A DNA stretch of 64,000 nt from Thermoanaerobaculia bacterium (GTDB taxonomy: Bacteria > Acidobacteriota > Thermoanaerobaculia > Multivoradales > Multivoraceae). A model generated the notes under the pieces. It was not told where the DNA came from. It worked only from the letters and a program-made list of their open reading frames with translations, and did no database searches. The translations under genes and the position numbers were made by a program. Within the stretch, counting starts at the first letter, position 1; every line of letters begins with the position of its first letter. Positions 1 through 8,213 of this stretch are shown here, in pieces. Where the stretch lies: NCBI GenBank assembly GCA_963664405.1, contig OY761158.1, forward strand, positions 3,072,001-3,136,000, in the 5' to 3' direction.

Positions 1-112
1 CGTCCACACAGGGTGTGGGGTCCTGCGCCAGGAGGGGCGCCGGGAGCAGCCAGCAGACCGCCAGGGTACCGACCATGGCTATGCCAAAAGGAACCGAACG
101 TGATGACATCAT
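1..112 (-). CDS. 5' end of a secreted protein that runs off the window
   Basis: Manual translation gives MMSSRSVPFGIAMVGTLAVCWLLPAPLLAQDPTPCVD, which looks like a signal peptide. GGAGAG lies just upstream as a possible RBS. Confidence 0.6.
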   Translation of the reverse strand, partial: MMSSRSVPFGIAMVGTLAVCWLLPAPLLAQDPTPCVD

Positions 113-229
113 TCCACTCTCCAAGCAACGTTATGGAAAACCGGCTCCCGAACGTAAGGGTGAAAGTCCGCCGCGATGGCCAGCTCCACCCGAAGATTGC
201 GATTCCGTGGCTGGTCCCGAAAACACGTT

Positions 230-265
230 CATTTGTGTGCTCGGTGTCATTTGTGTGCTCGGTGT
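230..265. repeat. 18-bp tandem duplication
   Basis: CATTTGTGTGCTCGGTGT occurs twice in tandem. Confidence 0.85.
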
Positions 266-439
266 TTACCTGGATGCACGGTCTGTGCCAGTGGCCTCTC
301 CCCCCATTACACACTGAGGCCCCGCAGCACTTTTCGGTGGGTCGAACGCGTTAGCACTGGCGAAGGGTCCTCTTCTTGTCACGAAAGTTGTTACCATTCG
401 ACACATCATTGACAAATGTAAATACCTCTCCCGAGACGG

Positions 440-522
440 CCATCGTACGGCTCAATTGGCGGCTAGTCCAGGCTCCGATGAGGCTGGTCGACCACGTTGT
501 TGCGCACGAGTTGTGCATCTCC
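440..522 (+). pseudogene. M48/YgjP-like zinc metallopeptidase fragment cut by the IS
   Basis: The translation IVRLNWRLVQAPMRLVDHVVAHEL matches the HExxH region of YgjP-type peptidases. It ends at the IS left TIR. Confidence 0.7.
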
Positions 523-1148
523 TGTCCCTCCTCAGAATGCATCCGCTCGAAGATTCAACGACTTAGGGCACTACTGTTCCGACGCGGGGGGTCAGCTCTT
601 GCAGCTGACGGCAGATTCGGTCAACCTGAGAGGCTATGCTCCGGCTCCTCTTCCTGCTCATCACTCTCGTTATCAAAGCGCTTCAAGTGGCTCTTCGGTC
701 GCGGTCCTCGCTCGTTCTCGAGAACATCGCCTTGAAACAGCAGGTCGAGGCGCTGAAGCGGAAGCGACCTCGCCCGCAACTCGACGACGCCGACCGTGCT
801 TTCTGGGTGGCAATGAGAAGCGCGTGGAGTGGCTGGGCCGAACGCCTAGTCATTGTGAAGCCGGAGACCGTTGTGAAGTGGCATCGCGACCGTTCTCGGC
901 TGTGCCTGCTCAAAACCCGTCCGCCTTTGGAATGATTGGACCTAGCGCATTTCCGTAGTCCTTTCGCCTGCCGATGTCAAAGTTGGCCAGGCGCGTTCGC
1001 GACGCGCTCTCCCCAGGGGACACAAGGCCCCATCGGGGAGGTAGCGCTTCTCTCGAACCGCGACGGAGGACGACCCAGCTAGCCGCAGGACCGTTCTCAG
1101 CCGTAAGTTGTTTGAATCTTCGGAACGGATGCATTCTGAGGAGGGACA
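523..1148 (+). mobile_element. Internally deleted IS (IS481/IS3-like, integrase-core type) with ~43-bp TIRs
   Basis: The left end TGTCCCTCCTCAGAATGCATCCG..GAAGATTCAA pairs with the right end TTGAATCTTC..CGGATGCATTCTGAGGAGGGACA. Termini are TGT...ACA. Confidence 0.85.
636..935 (+). pseudogene. Transposase N-terminal fragment lacking the DDE core
   Basis: LVLENIALKQQVEALKRKRPRPQL...FWV...W...LVIVKPETVVKWHR is typical of the N-terminus of integrase-core transposases. Confidence 0.85.
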
Positions 1149-2025
1149 GGCGAACAGCGGCACCGTGCCTACTACCTCGTCGGTGCCGGCGTTCGCCGAA
1201 GCCGCCTTGGTCGAGAGGAAGTCTGCCTCGGTTAGAACCCCACCGTCGCGCAGGCCGTCTGGAGGTGTTTCGACGATGTCGACGAAGCCGGTATCCAGGA
1301 TCATGTAGAACCTGCCTTCTTCGCCGGCTAGGGCCTCGGACCACATGTCTTCGCGGTCGCCGCTGCCGAAGGCCAGCGCGTAGCCCCCGGAGTTGGCGTC
1401 GAAGACAACCGTCGGCGGGAAGAAGAGATCGCGCCCGCCGGTATCGAAGATCTTGAAGGGCTTCCATTCGTCGAGATCGTCGATCAGCCCGGTCGACGTG
1501 TTGAGGACGGCCGCTTCGAATAGGTTGACCTTGTACATGAATCCACCACCGGCACCGGCGGTGCCGATATAGATGGTGTCGATGATCCCGTCAAGGTTGG
1601 TGTCGACGGCCGCGGGCTGGCTGGGTGCGGCCCCCGACAACGCCCGCTTGTAGATCACCTTGCCGGTCTCAATGTCGAGGATGTAGAGGTTGGTGCCCTT
1701 GCTTGCGTCGTCGGGATCGATGCCGCCGCCGAAGATGGCGACGAATCGGATCTCGGGGGACTCCACCTCCGTCGGGGTCGACCCGAATGCGCCCGGTGTT
1801 GGGTTTGGACCAGCTGAAGCCCAGATTGGGATCGTCGAGCTCGTCGAGCTCCCACAGTACGGTGCCGTAGGCGATGCTGCAGTTCCCCGGCAGCGACGAG
1901 TGGAGGGCGCTGCAGCCCGGAACGCCGTCAACCGCACCGCTCTCGTCGGATATGTAATCGAGTTGGGTCAGCCCCCCTTGTGCCTGTATCGGAGTCGTAC
2001 TCGCCCTCTGCCACTGGCAAAACAC
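1149..2025 (-). pseudogene. pilY1: PilY1/PilC type IV pilus adhesin beta-propeller fragment, frameshifted and IS-truncated
   Basis: VLWE...LGFSWSKP in one frame continues as FVAIFGGG...LYILDIETGKVI...VDTNLDGIIDTIYIG...LAFGSGDRE in another. The frameshift is near 1775. Confidence 0.75.
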
Positions 2026-2089
2026 AGGCCACCGTGGATGCCCGGTTCAGGGGGCTCCTGAGACCTTGACAATCAGCTGCTAATACAAG

Positions 2090-2151
2090 CACTGCGCAGC
2101 CTACTGCGCAGCTACTGCGCAGGGATGTTTGGTATAGAAATAGTTACTATT
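2090..2151. repeat. Triple ACTGCGCAG repeat followed by an AT-rich palindrome
   Basis: ACTGCGCAG occurs three times at 2091-2122, and AATAGTTACTATT lies at 2139-2151. Confidence 0.6.
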
Positions 2152-2284
2152 GGTAATATTCTTGCCATGCATGCCGACGGGCGGCAGCTGAGGGAGGAGA
2201 GATCTCTCTACCCCCGAGATCGACGGAATGCTAGTCTCCCGCGCGCGGGTTTCGAGTTGAGCGAGGAAATCCAGAGAGGAACCA

Positions 2285-2686
2285 ATGACGTCGAAGAGAT
2301 CTTCCATGATCATCGTCGCGATCGTCGGTCTCGGATCCATGCAGCTGGTTTCTGCGGTCGCAGAGGAGGCGGTCGATTTCGAGGGCGATGTTTGGCCGAT
2401 CCTCGAAAAGCACTGTGTTTCGTGCCACGGCCCCGAGGACGAGTTCAATGATCTCCGCTTCGACTCCAAGGAGGCGATTCTCAAAGGCGGCAAGAGCGGC
2501 GAGGTGCTGGTACCGGGAGAGCCGGAAAAGAGCTCGATGTATGTGCGTCCGAGTCTCCCCGCCGACGACTTCGACATCATGCCCGCAGAGGGAGATCCCC
2601 TGACCAAGGAACAGGTCGAGATCCTACGGCGGTGGATCGCGGCAGGCGCAGATTTCGGGTCCTGGACGGGCTCGAGCGCCGGCTAG
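2285..2686 (+). CDS. Planctomycete-type cytochrome c domain protein
   Basis: Signal peptide, VDF..DV.PIL..HCVSCHG (CxxCH), and MP...PLT.EQ..IL..WI..GA. Confidence 0.85.
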   Translation: MTSKRSSMIIVAIVGLGSMQLVSAVAEEAVDFEGDVWPILEKHCVSCHGPEDEFNDLRFDSKEAILKGGKSGEVLVPGEPEKSSMYVRPSLPADDFDIMPAEGDPLTKEQVEILRRWIAAGADFGSWTGSSAG

Positions 2687-2734
2687 AGACGGGCGCTGGG
2701 TGTAGGGTCGACCGACAGACACGGAGGTAGGGAC

Positions 2735-3931
2735 ATGAGTGGATCCGCAGGCTCTCATGGTGTCGGTATTCTGAGCGACGAGCGAAGGATGCTACAAGAG
2801 ATGGCTCGGGAGTTCACCCTGAAAGAAGTGCTTCCGGTGGCCAACGAGCTCGACCCGGTCAAGGGTGATATTCCGCAGTCTCTGATCGAGAAGCTCGGAG
2901 ACATGGGTTACTTCGGAATCGTCATCCCGGAGGAGTATGGCGGGGCCGGACTCGGCGTCTTCGAGTACTGCCTGATCACCGAGCAATTGGCGCAGGGCTG
3001 GATGAGTGTGGCAAGTCTCATTGCCCGCGGCAATGGCTTCTACCGCTCCATCCCTGGCAGCGGAGAAGAGCGCACCAAGAAGATCGAGGCGATGGCTCGG
3101 GGCGAGTATCTCGGCGCGTTGGCCATGTCCGAGCCCGAGGTCGGATCGGATATCGCTTCGATCAAGACTCGGGCTCGTCGCGAGGGAGACGAGTGGGTGA
3201 TCAACGGCTCCAAGTATTGGTGCACCTTTGCCGACGGCGCTGATTTCATCCAGGTGATGGCGCGCAGCGAGGATCCTACGGACGACAAGCGCCGGCACGT
3301 AGGGCTGACGTCGATCGCGGTGGAGAAGCCCAAAGGGGAGCTACCCAAGGGTGTCACCGGTAGCCCGATCCCCAAGATCGGTTACTTCGGCTGGAAGACA
3401 TGGGAGCTGCACTTCGACAATGTGCGTGCGCCGGTGCAGGAGAGGCGGAGCGAGAACGAGGGCCGTGCCTTCTACGGTATGGCGCGAGGGCTCGAGTCGG
3501 CCCGAGCCCACACCGCCGCCCGATCGATCGGCCTGGCGCAGGGCGCGCTGGAGACGGCGATTGACTACTCTCTGGAGCGCATCCAGTTCCAGCGACCGAT
3601 CGCCGACTTCCAAGCCATCCGCTTCAAGATCGCAACGATGGCGACCGAGGTAGAGGCGGCGCGCCAGCTCCTCTATTCGGTCTGCGCCGGCATCGACTCC
3701 GGCGAGAGCCGAGCCAAGGAGGCGGCGATGGTCAAGTACTTCGCCGCCGAGATGTCCGAGCGAGTCACCAGCGAGGCGCTGCAGGTACTCGGCGGCGCCG
3801 GCTACACGACCCTCTACCCGGTGGAGCGCTTCTGGCGCGATGCCCGGCTCACCAAGGTCTTCGAGGGCACGTCAGAGATCATGCAGCGAATCATCTCCGA
3901 CGCCATCCTCGGCAAACCTTCGCGGCGCTGA
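2735..3931 (+). CDS. Acyl-CoA dehydrogenase
   Basis: MSEPEVGSD, INGSKYW, ERIQFQRPIADFQ, GGAGY and RDARLTKVFEGTSEI motifs. Confidence 0.95.
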   Translation: MSGSAGSHGVGILSDERRMLQEMAREFTLKEVLPVANELDPVKGDIPQSLIEKLGDMGYFGIVIPEEYGGAGLGVFEYCLITEQLAQGWMSVASLIARGNGFYRSIPGSGEERTKKIEAMARGEYLGALAMSEPEVGSDIASIKTRARREGDEWVINGSKYWCTFADGADFIQVMARSEDPTDDKRRHVGLTSIAVEKPKGELPKGVTGSPIPKIGYFGWKTWELHFDNVRAPVQERRSENEGRAFYGMARGLESARAHTAARSIGLAQGALETAIDYSLERIQFQRPIADFQAIRFKIATMATEVEAARQLLYSVCAGIDSGESRAKEAAMVKYFAAEMSERVTSEALQVLGGAGYTTLYPVERFWRDARLTKVFEGTSEIMQRIISDAILGKPSRR

Positions 3932-4025
3932 ACGTTGTCGCGCGCGCCGTGAGCTTGTGTCGTCGCTGGGGCGTCTCGAGCGGGTGCCGGGTCGCCGCTG
4001 GGGCCTCTCAGGGTGAGGCGTCGGC

Positions 4026-4212
4026 GCGAGGCGGGCCGGAGGCGAGCGGAGTGTCCCTCCGCGGGAACGGCGGCCGCTCCTGAGAGTGCGCTGGTCGATC
4101 ATGCGGCCGCCTCGGCTTCCGCTCGCTTCGATCGTTCCCCCTTCGCCAACGTTGGTGCGGCGCTCGCTCCAGACGCCCCGCCAAGGGGCACTCCGCCCGC
4201 CTCCTCTCCGTC
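4026..4212 (+). repeat. Structured repeat, copy A (REP/MITE-like or ncRNA)
   Basis: Shares its core with the reverse complement of 6721-6942. Its ends pair into a long stem. Confidence 0.8.
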
Positions 4213-4224
4213 GCTGCCTCAACC

Positions 4225-4441
4225 TCACCTGAGCTGATGAAGCGCATGGAAAAGCGTTGTGCCTCTGTCTTCAAAGTACGCAGGCTCATAGCCTGCGTAC
4301 TTTGTGAGGCTTGCCTGGGGATCCGTAATCCACCATGAGAACACGCTTGCCTTGTTGGGCAAGGGCGTGGGCAAGATTAATCGTCGTCGTTGTCTTACCG
4401 GCCCCTCCTTTCTGGTTGACGATGGCGATGGTGGTGGTCAT
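4225..4441 (-). pseudogene. parA: ParA/Soj ATPase N-terminal fragment, frameshifted
   Basis: Manual translation [38 protein letters not shown], then a frameshift to DPQASLT. Deviant Walker A motif present. Confidence 0.85.
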
Positions 4442-4474
4442 ACGGGTTCAGTATGGGGAAGTCCCCGACGAGTA

Positions 4475-4654
4475 CTACTCGTCGGCCTTATTAACCTCCC
4501 AACCCTCTTTGAGCATGCGCGCCTCCTGTCTAGTAGGCTCGACCACGACTCTTGGCAGCGGATGCAACCGGTCGAATATTTCATCGGCGAGCTCAAGGCG
4601 CTCCGCTAGTGGGAGCTCGAGGAGGGCCTTCCGAACGTCTTCCTTGTCTGTCAT
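4475..4654 (-). CDS. Orphan addiction-module antitoxin-like protein (59 aa)
   Basis: MTDKEDVRKALLELPLAERLELADEIFDRL resembles the antitoxin at 5011-5232. Confidence 0.65.
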   Translation of the reverse strand: MTDKEDVRKALLELPLAERLELADEIFDRLHPLPRVVVEPTRQEARMLKEGWEVNKADE

Positions 4655-4660
4655 AACTTC

Positions 4661-4688
4661 AGCCTAGGCGCGGTGGGTCATGTGTCAA
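4661..4688 (-). promoter_or_regulatory. Sigma70-like promoter, probably leaderless
   Basis: TTGACA-16 nt-TAGGCT lies 6 nt before the ATG at 4654. Confidence 0.55.
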
Positions 4689-4723
4689 GGACGCGTGCAA
4701 CCGCGTTGTCGAGCCGAGCAGTG

Positions 4724-5014
4724 TTAGACGCTCTTGCGCCAATGGTCAGGGTCGCGGTGGCCATGTAGGAAGGCAACGACGAGGAGCTCGTCGTCTTTGA
4801 TTCTGTAGACGACGTTGTAGGGGAAATCTCGAAGCACGGCCAGACGCGCCGTGCCTTCTCGTATCTGCACGCTCTCCGGAAAGAGCTCGATGTTTGCCAG
4901 CGTTTGCTCAAGGGACCGACGGAGGCGATCGCCATATCCGTGGCGTTGCGCCTCGACGTACTCGATAGCTACGGCCACCTCTTCGAGGACGCCGGGACTC
5001 CAGACCGTTTTCAT
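4724..5014 (-). CDS. RelE/ParE family toxin
   Basis: 96 aa with FPE...R...LRDFPYNVVYRI...VVAFLHGHRDP.W. Overlaps the upstream antitoxin. Confidence 0.9.
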   Translation of the reverse strand: MKTVWSPGVLEEVAVAIEYVEAQRHGYGDRLRRSLEQTLANIELFPESVQIREGTARLAVLRDFPYNVVYRIKDDELLVVAFLHGHRDPDHWRKSV

Positions 5015-5232
5015 GCACCGCGAGACAAGCGCTCGTCAAGGCCCGCGTCGAACTCTTCCTGTGAGAGAGACGACGAGTGGTCTCTATCGTGCTGTTGGAT
5101 TCGCGTATGGATAAGCTCTTGCTGTGCCTGGGTCAGGTTCGGTAGCGTGCTTTCGATAAGCCGAACGCCGAGCTCACGACGCTCCGGCTCGGGGAGCTTG
5201 AAGGCTTGCTTCTCGATCTCTGTCTTGGTCAT
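5011..5232 (-). CDS. Addiction module antitoxin
   Basis: AFKLPEPERRELGVRLIES...LTQAQQELI..R pattern. Coupled to the toxin by an ATGA overlap. Confidence 0.8.
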   Translation of the reverse strand: MTKTEIEKQAFKLPEPERRELGVRLIESTLPNLTQAQQELIHTRIQQHDRDHSSSLSQEEFDAGLDERLSRGA

Positions 5233-5241
5233 ACGTTCTTC

Positions 5242-5269
5242 AGAATAGACCCTCTGGGGAGGGTGTCAA
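5242..5269 (-). promoter_or_regulatory. Sigma70-like promoter of the TA operon with an operator-like inverted repeat
   Basis: TTGACA-16 nt-TATTCT, with an ACCCTC-N4-GAGGGT inverted repeat across the spacer. Confidence 0.6.
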
Positions 5270-5337
5270 GCGACGCAGTGTCCTCACAGCTGAACCTGAA
5301 GCATCGACGGCCTTCGAGGGAGGAGTAGGATATCGGG

Positions 5338-5703
5338 GTGCAGAGGAAGCACCTCCACCTCCAGCTCATTCAGCAAGTCATCGAGAGAATGGCTCGTTGT
5401 TCTTTCCAGGTCTGAGCCTGGAGTGTCGTTCTGGTCTCAGCCCTGTTCGCACTGGCCACAAGTAGAGGGGGCGATGCACCCGACCAGCAGTTCATCCTCT
5501 TGGCCTTCTTTCCCGCTCTCGTCTTTTGGGGTCTAGACACCTTCTATCTCTCTGAAGAGCGCCAATTTCGAGATCACTACGACGAGGTTCGGAAGCGAGA
5601 AGAAGAGGAAATCGACTTCTCAATGGACAAGCGCGCCTATAACAAGGGGCGCAACACGTGGCTGACTACGAGCTACTCAAAGACGTCACGGTTGTATGCC
5701 TGA
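5338..5703 (+). pseudogene. Transmembrane protein of a TIR-associated family, with an internal stop
   Basis: HLQLIQQVIERMARCSFQV*AWSVVLVSALFALA...FFPALVFWGLDTFYLSEERQFRDHYDEVR...DFSM. In-frame TGA at 5413. Confidence 0.7.
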
Positions 5704-5717
5704 CTTACGGATGTTCC

Positions 5718-5938
5718 GGAAGGAAGTGGATCAATTACGAAATCGACGAATCGCTAGCGCGAGGAAATGTCTTGTAGGGGTTCAAATCCACCATCTCAAG
5801 GATCAGAACGAGAACACGAGCTCCGTAGGAGCCATCCCAAGCCAAATCGAGGCAAACGGATTCAAGGCGTATAAGTACACCAACAGGGATGCCCTGGCTC
5901 GGTGGATCGAGGCCGCCGCCCAAGCCGCGGGCAAGTAG
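5718..5938 (+). pseudogene. ThsB/DUF1863-like TIR domain, C-terminal half, frameshifted
   Basis: RKWINYEIDESLARGN (catalytic-Glu WxxxE motif) then frameshifts into LVGVQIHHLKDQN...LARWIEAAAQAAGK. Confidence 0.75.
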
Positions 5939-6083
5939 CGGCAGTAAACATGAAGAGCCACGCCGGCATCACGCCGCGTCGCTCGACCCGTGCTCGATAT
6001 CGATCGAGGTGGGCTTGGAGATCCTCGAGCTCCGGAGGCCGGGTCTTCTTCCTGGGTGTCGGGAGCTTCACGACTTTCTCCAC
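5862..6083 (-). CDS. Small hypothetical protein directly downstream of the recombinase
   Basis: The GTG start lies just after the recombinase stop. The C-terminus overlaps the TIR remnant and may be spurious. Confidence 0.35.
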   Translation of the reverse strand: MEKVVKLPTPRKKTRPPELEDLQAHLDRYRARVERRGVMPAWLFMFTAATCPRLGRRPRSTEPGHPCWCTYTP

Positions 6084-6084
6084 T

Positions 6085-6522
6085 TCAGATCCGGATGCGT
6101 TCGATTTCAGCGAGGGAGATGCGTTCGGGATTGCGGTTGTAGAGCTGGGTGGTGCGCGTTGAGGCGTGGCCCGCGATCTGCGCGGCAGTCTCTAGCTTCC
6201 CACCGTTGGCGAGATAGTCGGTAATGCCTGTCGCTCGAAAGGTGTGATTGCCGATCGACACCGGCAAGCCAGCGTCTTTGGCTCGACGCTTGGTCATGTG
6301 GAGTGCATCGCTTTGGCTCATCCCTCGATCGGTCAGCTCTCGGGTTTTGCCACGAACGGTGCGAAAGAGAGGCGAGGTACCCGCCTTCGCGATACCTGCA
6401 GCCTCGAGATAGGCATCAAAATACTCGACGGCCTTGTGGTGTGCCGGCACGCGGTGATACCGGCCGCTTTTCTCATGGAGCACGAACGACGCTCGGTGTC
6501 CATCAAACCCGGGCAGGTCCAA
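6085..6522 (-). pseudogene. Tyrosine recombinase/resolvase C-terminal part, 5'-truncated
   Basis: HEKSG, HTFRATGIT, AGHASTRTTQLY (H-x-x-R, H, Y). The N-terminal domain and first catalytic Arg box are missing. Confidence 0.85.
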
Positions 6523-6720
6523 AGAAAGAGATCGTCGCTTGTCCTTCTTTCATACTCTGGGCTAAGGCTATCGTGGAGCGCCACCAAGGGCGCTATGGAA
6601 CTGCTCTTGAGATGCGGGTACGACGGGCCGCGCTGGAGCGTCGGGTTAGGTGTGGCTCTACAGAAAATTCGATGGGACTTTCGTGTGCATAGGGCTGGGG
6701 GCTGGATGATGAAGTCTGAC

Positions 6721-6942
6721 GACGAGAGGAGGGAGGCGGGGCGAGGCGGGCGAGAGCGGTGTGCCTGGGCGGGGCGTCTGGAGCGAGCGCGTGCAGAGAG
6801 ATGGTGCAGGGGGCATCGATCGAAGCGAGCGGAATACGAGGCGGCCGCATCACCGATGAACGCACTCTCAGGAGCGGCCGCCGTTCCCGGCGGGGCACAC
6901 CACTCTCGCCCGCCTCGCCCCGCCTCCCTCCGGCCCGCCCGC
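6721..6942 (-). repeat. Structured repeat, copy B, inverted relative to copy A
   Basis: The reverse complement shares GGGAACGGCGGCCGCTCCTGAGAGTGCG, TTCCGCTCGCTTCGATCG and GCGCTCGCTCCAGACGCCCCGCC with copy A. It has a ~38-bp near-perfect closing stem. Confidence 0.85.
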
Positions 6943-6953
6943 GAAAACGTGAG

Positions 6954-7814
6954 CTATGCGGTAACAGCCGCAACGCGCCAGCGGTCGCCATTGGCGGTGA
7001 TGTGCATTGCGGTGGGGGTGTTCCAGTGGGTGCCGATGACCAGGATGCCCGAGTCGGCGTAGCGTTGGAGGAAGGAGAGGCGGGTGCGGCGGGCCAGGTC
7101 GGGGTCGATGTCGGCTCCACAGGCCCACTCGGGGTGCATGCACTGCGAGGGGTGGTGGATGAGGTCGCCGGTGATGATCGCTTCTGCGCCCGATGAGATG
7201 GTGACGCTGCAGTGGCCGGGGGTGTGGCCGGGAGTGGAGAGGAAGCCCAGCTCGCCGGTGATCTCGTGATCGGGGTCGACGAGGTCGACTAGCCCGGCGT
7301 CGAAGATCGGTTTGACCGAGTCGGCGAAGACGTCGACCTCGCCGGCGTCGTCTTTCTGCGTGCTCCAGTAGTCGTAGTCGGTGCGGGCCATCACGTAGCG
7401 GGCATTGGGGAAGGTGGGTACCCATGCGCCGTCGACGAGCTTGGTGTTCCAGCCCACGTGATCGACGTGGAGGTGGGTGCAGACGACGGTGTCGACTTTC
7501 TCCGGCGGGAAGCCGGCGTCGCTGATGTTCTCGAGAAAGGGTGTGTCCAGTTGGTCGAAGGGGGCGAAACCGCGTGACTTGCCGTTGCCGATACAGGTGT
7601 CGACGATGATCTTTCGCCCCTTTGACTCGACCAGGAAGGCCTGGATGGTGAGAAAGATCCGGCTCTCCTCGTCGATGAAGTTGGGCCGGAGCCAGTCGGT
7701 GTAGGGAGCCAGATTCTCCGGTGTCGCCTCCGGCAAGAGCCAGCGGCCCGGCATCGGTACGTTGATCTCGATCACCGGGGTCACGCTCACCGACCCGACC
7801 TTCCATCCCGTCAT
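6954..7814 (-). CDS. MBL-fold metallo-hydrolase (methyl parathion hydrolase-like)
   Basis: THLHVDHVGWN, TPGHTPGH and GDLIH motifs. Real start is MTGWKVG at 7814. Confidence 0.92.
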   Translation of the reverse strand: MTGWKVGSVSVTPVIEINVPMPGRWLLPEATPENLAPYTDWLRPNFIDEESRIFLTIQAFLVESKGRKIIVDTCIGNGKSRGFAPFDQLDTPFLENISDAGFPPEKVDTVVCTHLHVDHVGWNTKLVDGAWVPTFPNARYVMARTDYDYWSTQKDDAGEVDVFADSVKPIFDAGLVDLVDPDHEITGELGFLSTPGHTPGHCSVTISSGAEAIITGDLIHHPSQCMHPEWACGADIDPDLARRTRLSFLQRYADSGILVIGTHWNTPTAMHITANGDRWRVAAVTA

Positions 7815-7892
7815 TTCGAGCTCCCTTTCTTTCGTTAGGCTAGAATGCGACCCGGCAAACCAGCATGCAATGGTACAGAAAGGACCTCGGGT

Positions 7893-8195
7893 ATGGTCCG
7901 TAGAGAGAGTTTGCGAGGACGGCGTCAGTTTCTGAAGATGTTGGCTGCGAGTCCGCTGCTCAGGTATGTGGGTCTGCCGCCGCTGCTTGGTCTCGGGCCC
8001 GGCGCTGACGCTGTTGCGATCGGGCGCCCCTACGCATGGGGTCTGGCGAGCTTTGGCCAGGACGGAGTCGAGAAGGTGCTCGATATCCTCCACTTCGAGC
8101 TCATGCTGATCATGAAACAGATGGGCACGAGATCGATCGAAGAGATCCGGCGCGGTGGCTGGGTGGTGGACCGCCGGACGGGCAAACGGTTGTAG
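7893..8195 (+). pseudogene. Tat-exported FMN-dependent alpha-hydroxy-acid oxidase with a large internal deletion
   Basis: The Tat signal RRQFLK is fused directly to the C-terminal GADAVAIGRPYAWGLASFGQDGVEKVLDIL..EL...M..G. Confidence 0.8.
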
Positions 8196-8213
8196 GCGCA
8201 CAGGAGAAGTCGT

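Noticed and set aside
3872-4289. Similar ORFs at 3872-4228 and 6759-7196 as paralogous proteins
   Set aside because: The similarity comes from translating the non-coding inverted repeat.
5413-5415. In-frame TGA in the TM gene as selenocysteine
   Set aside because: There is no redox motif. As I recall the family has a basic residue here, so CGA/AGA to TGA is likely, and the neighbouring genes are also decayed.
4213-6720. Island as an integron or prophage
   Set aside because: I saw no attC-like sites, no IntI-specific insertion and no phage genes. The recombinase is a truncated resolvase type.
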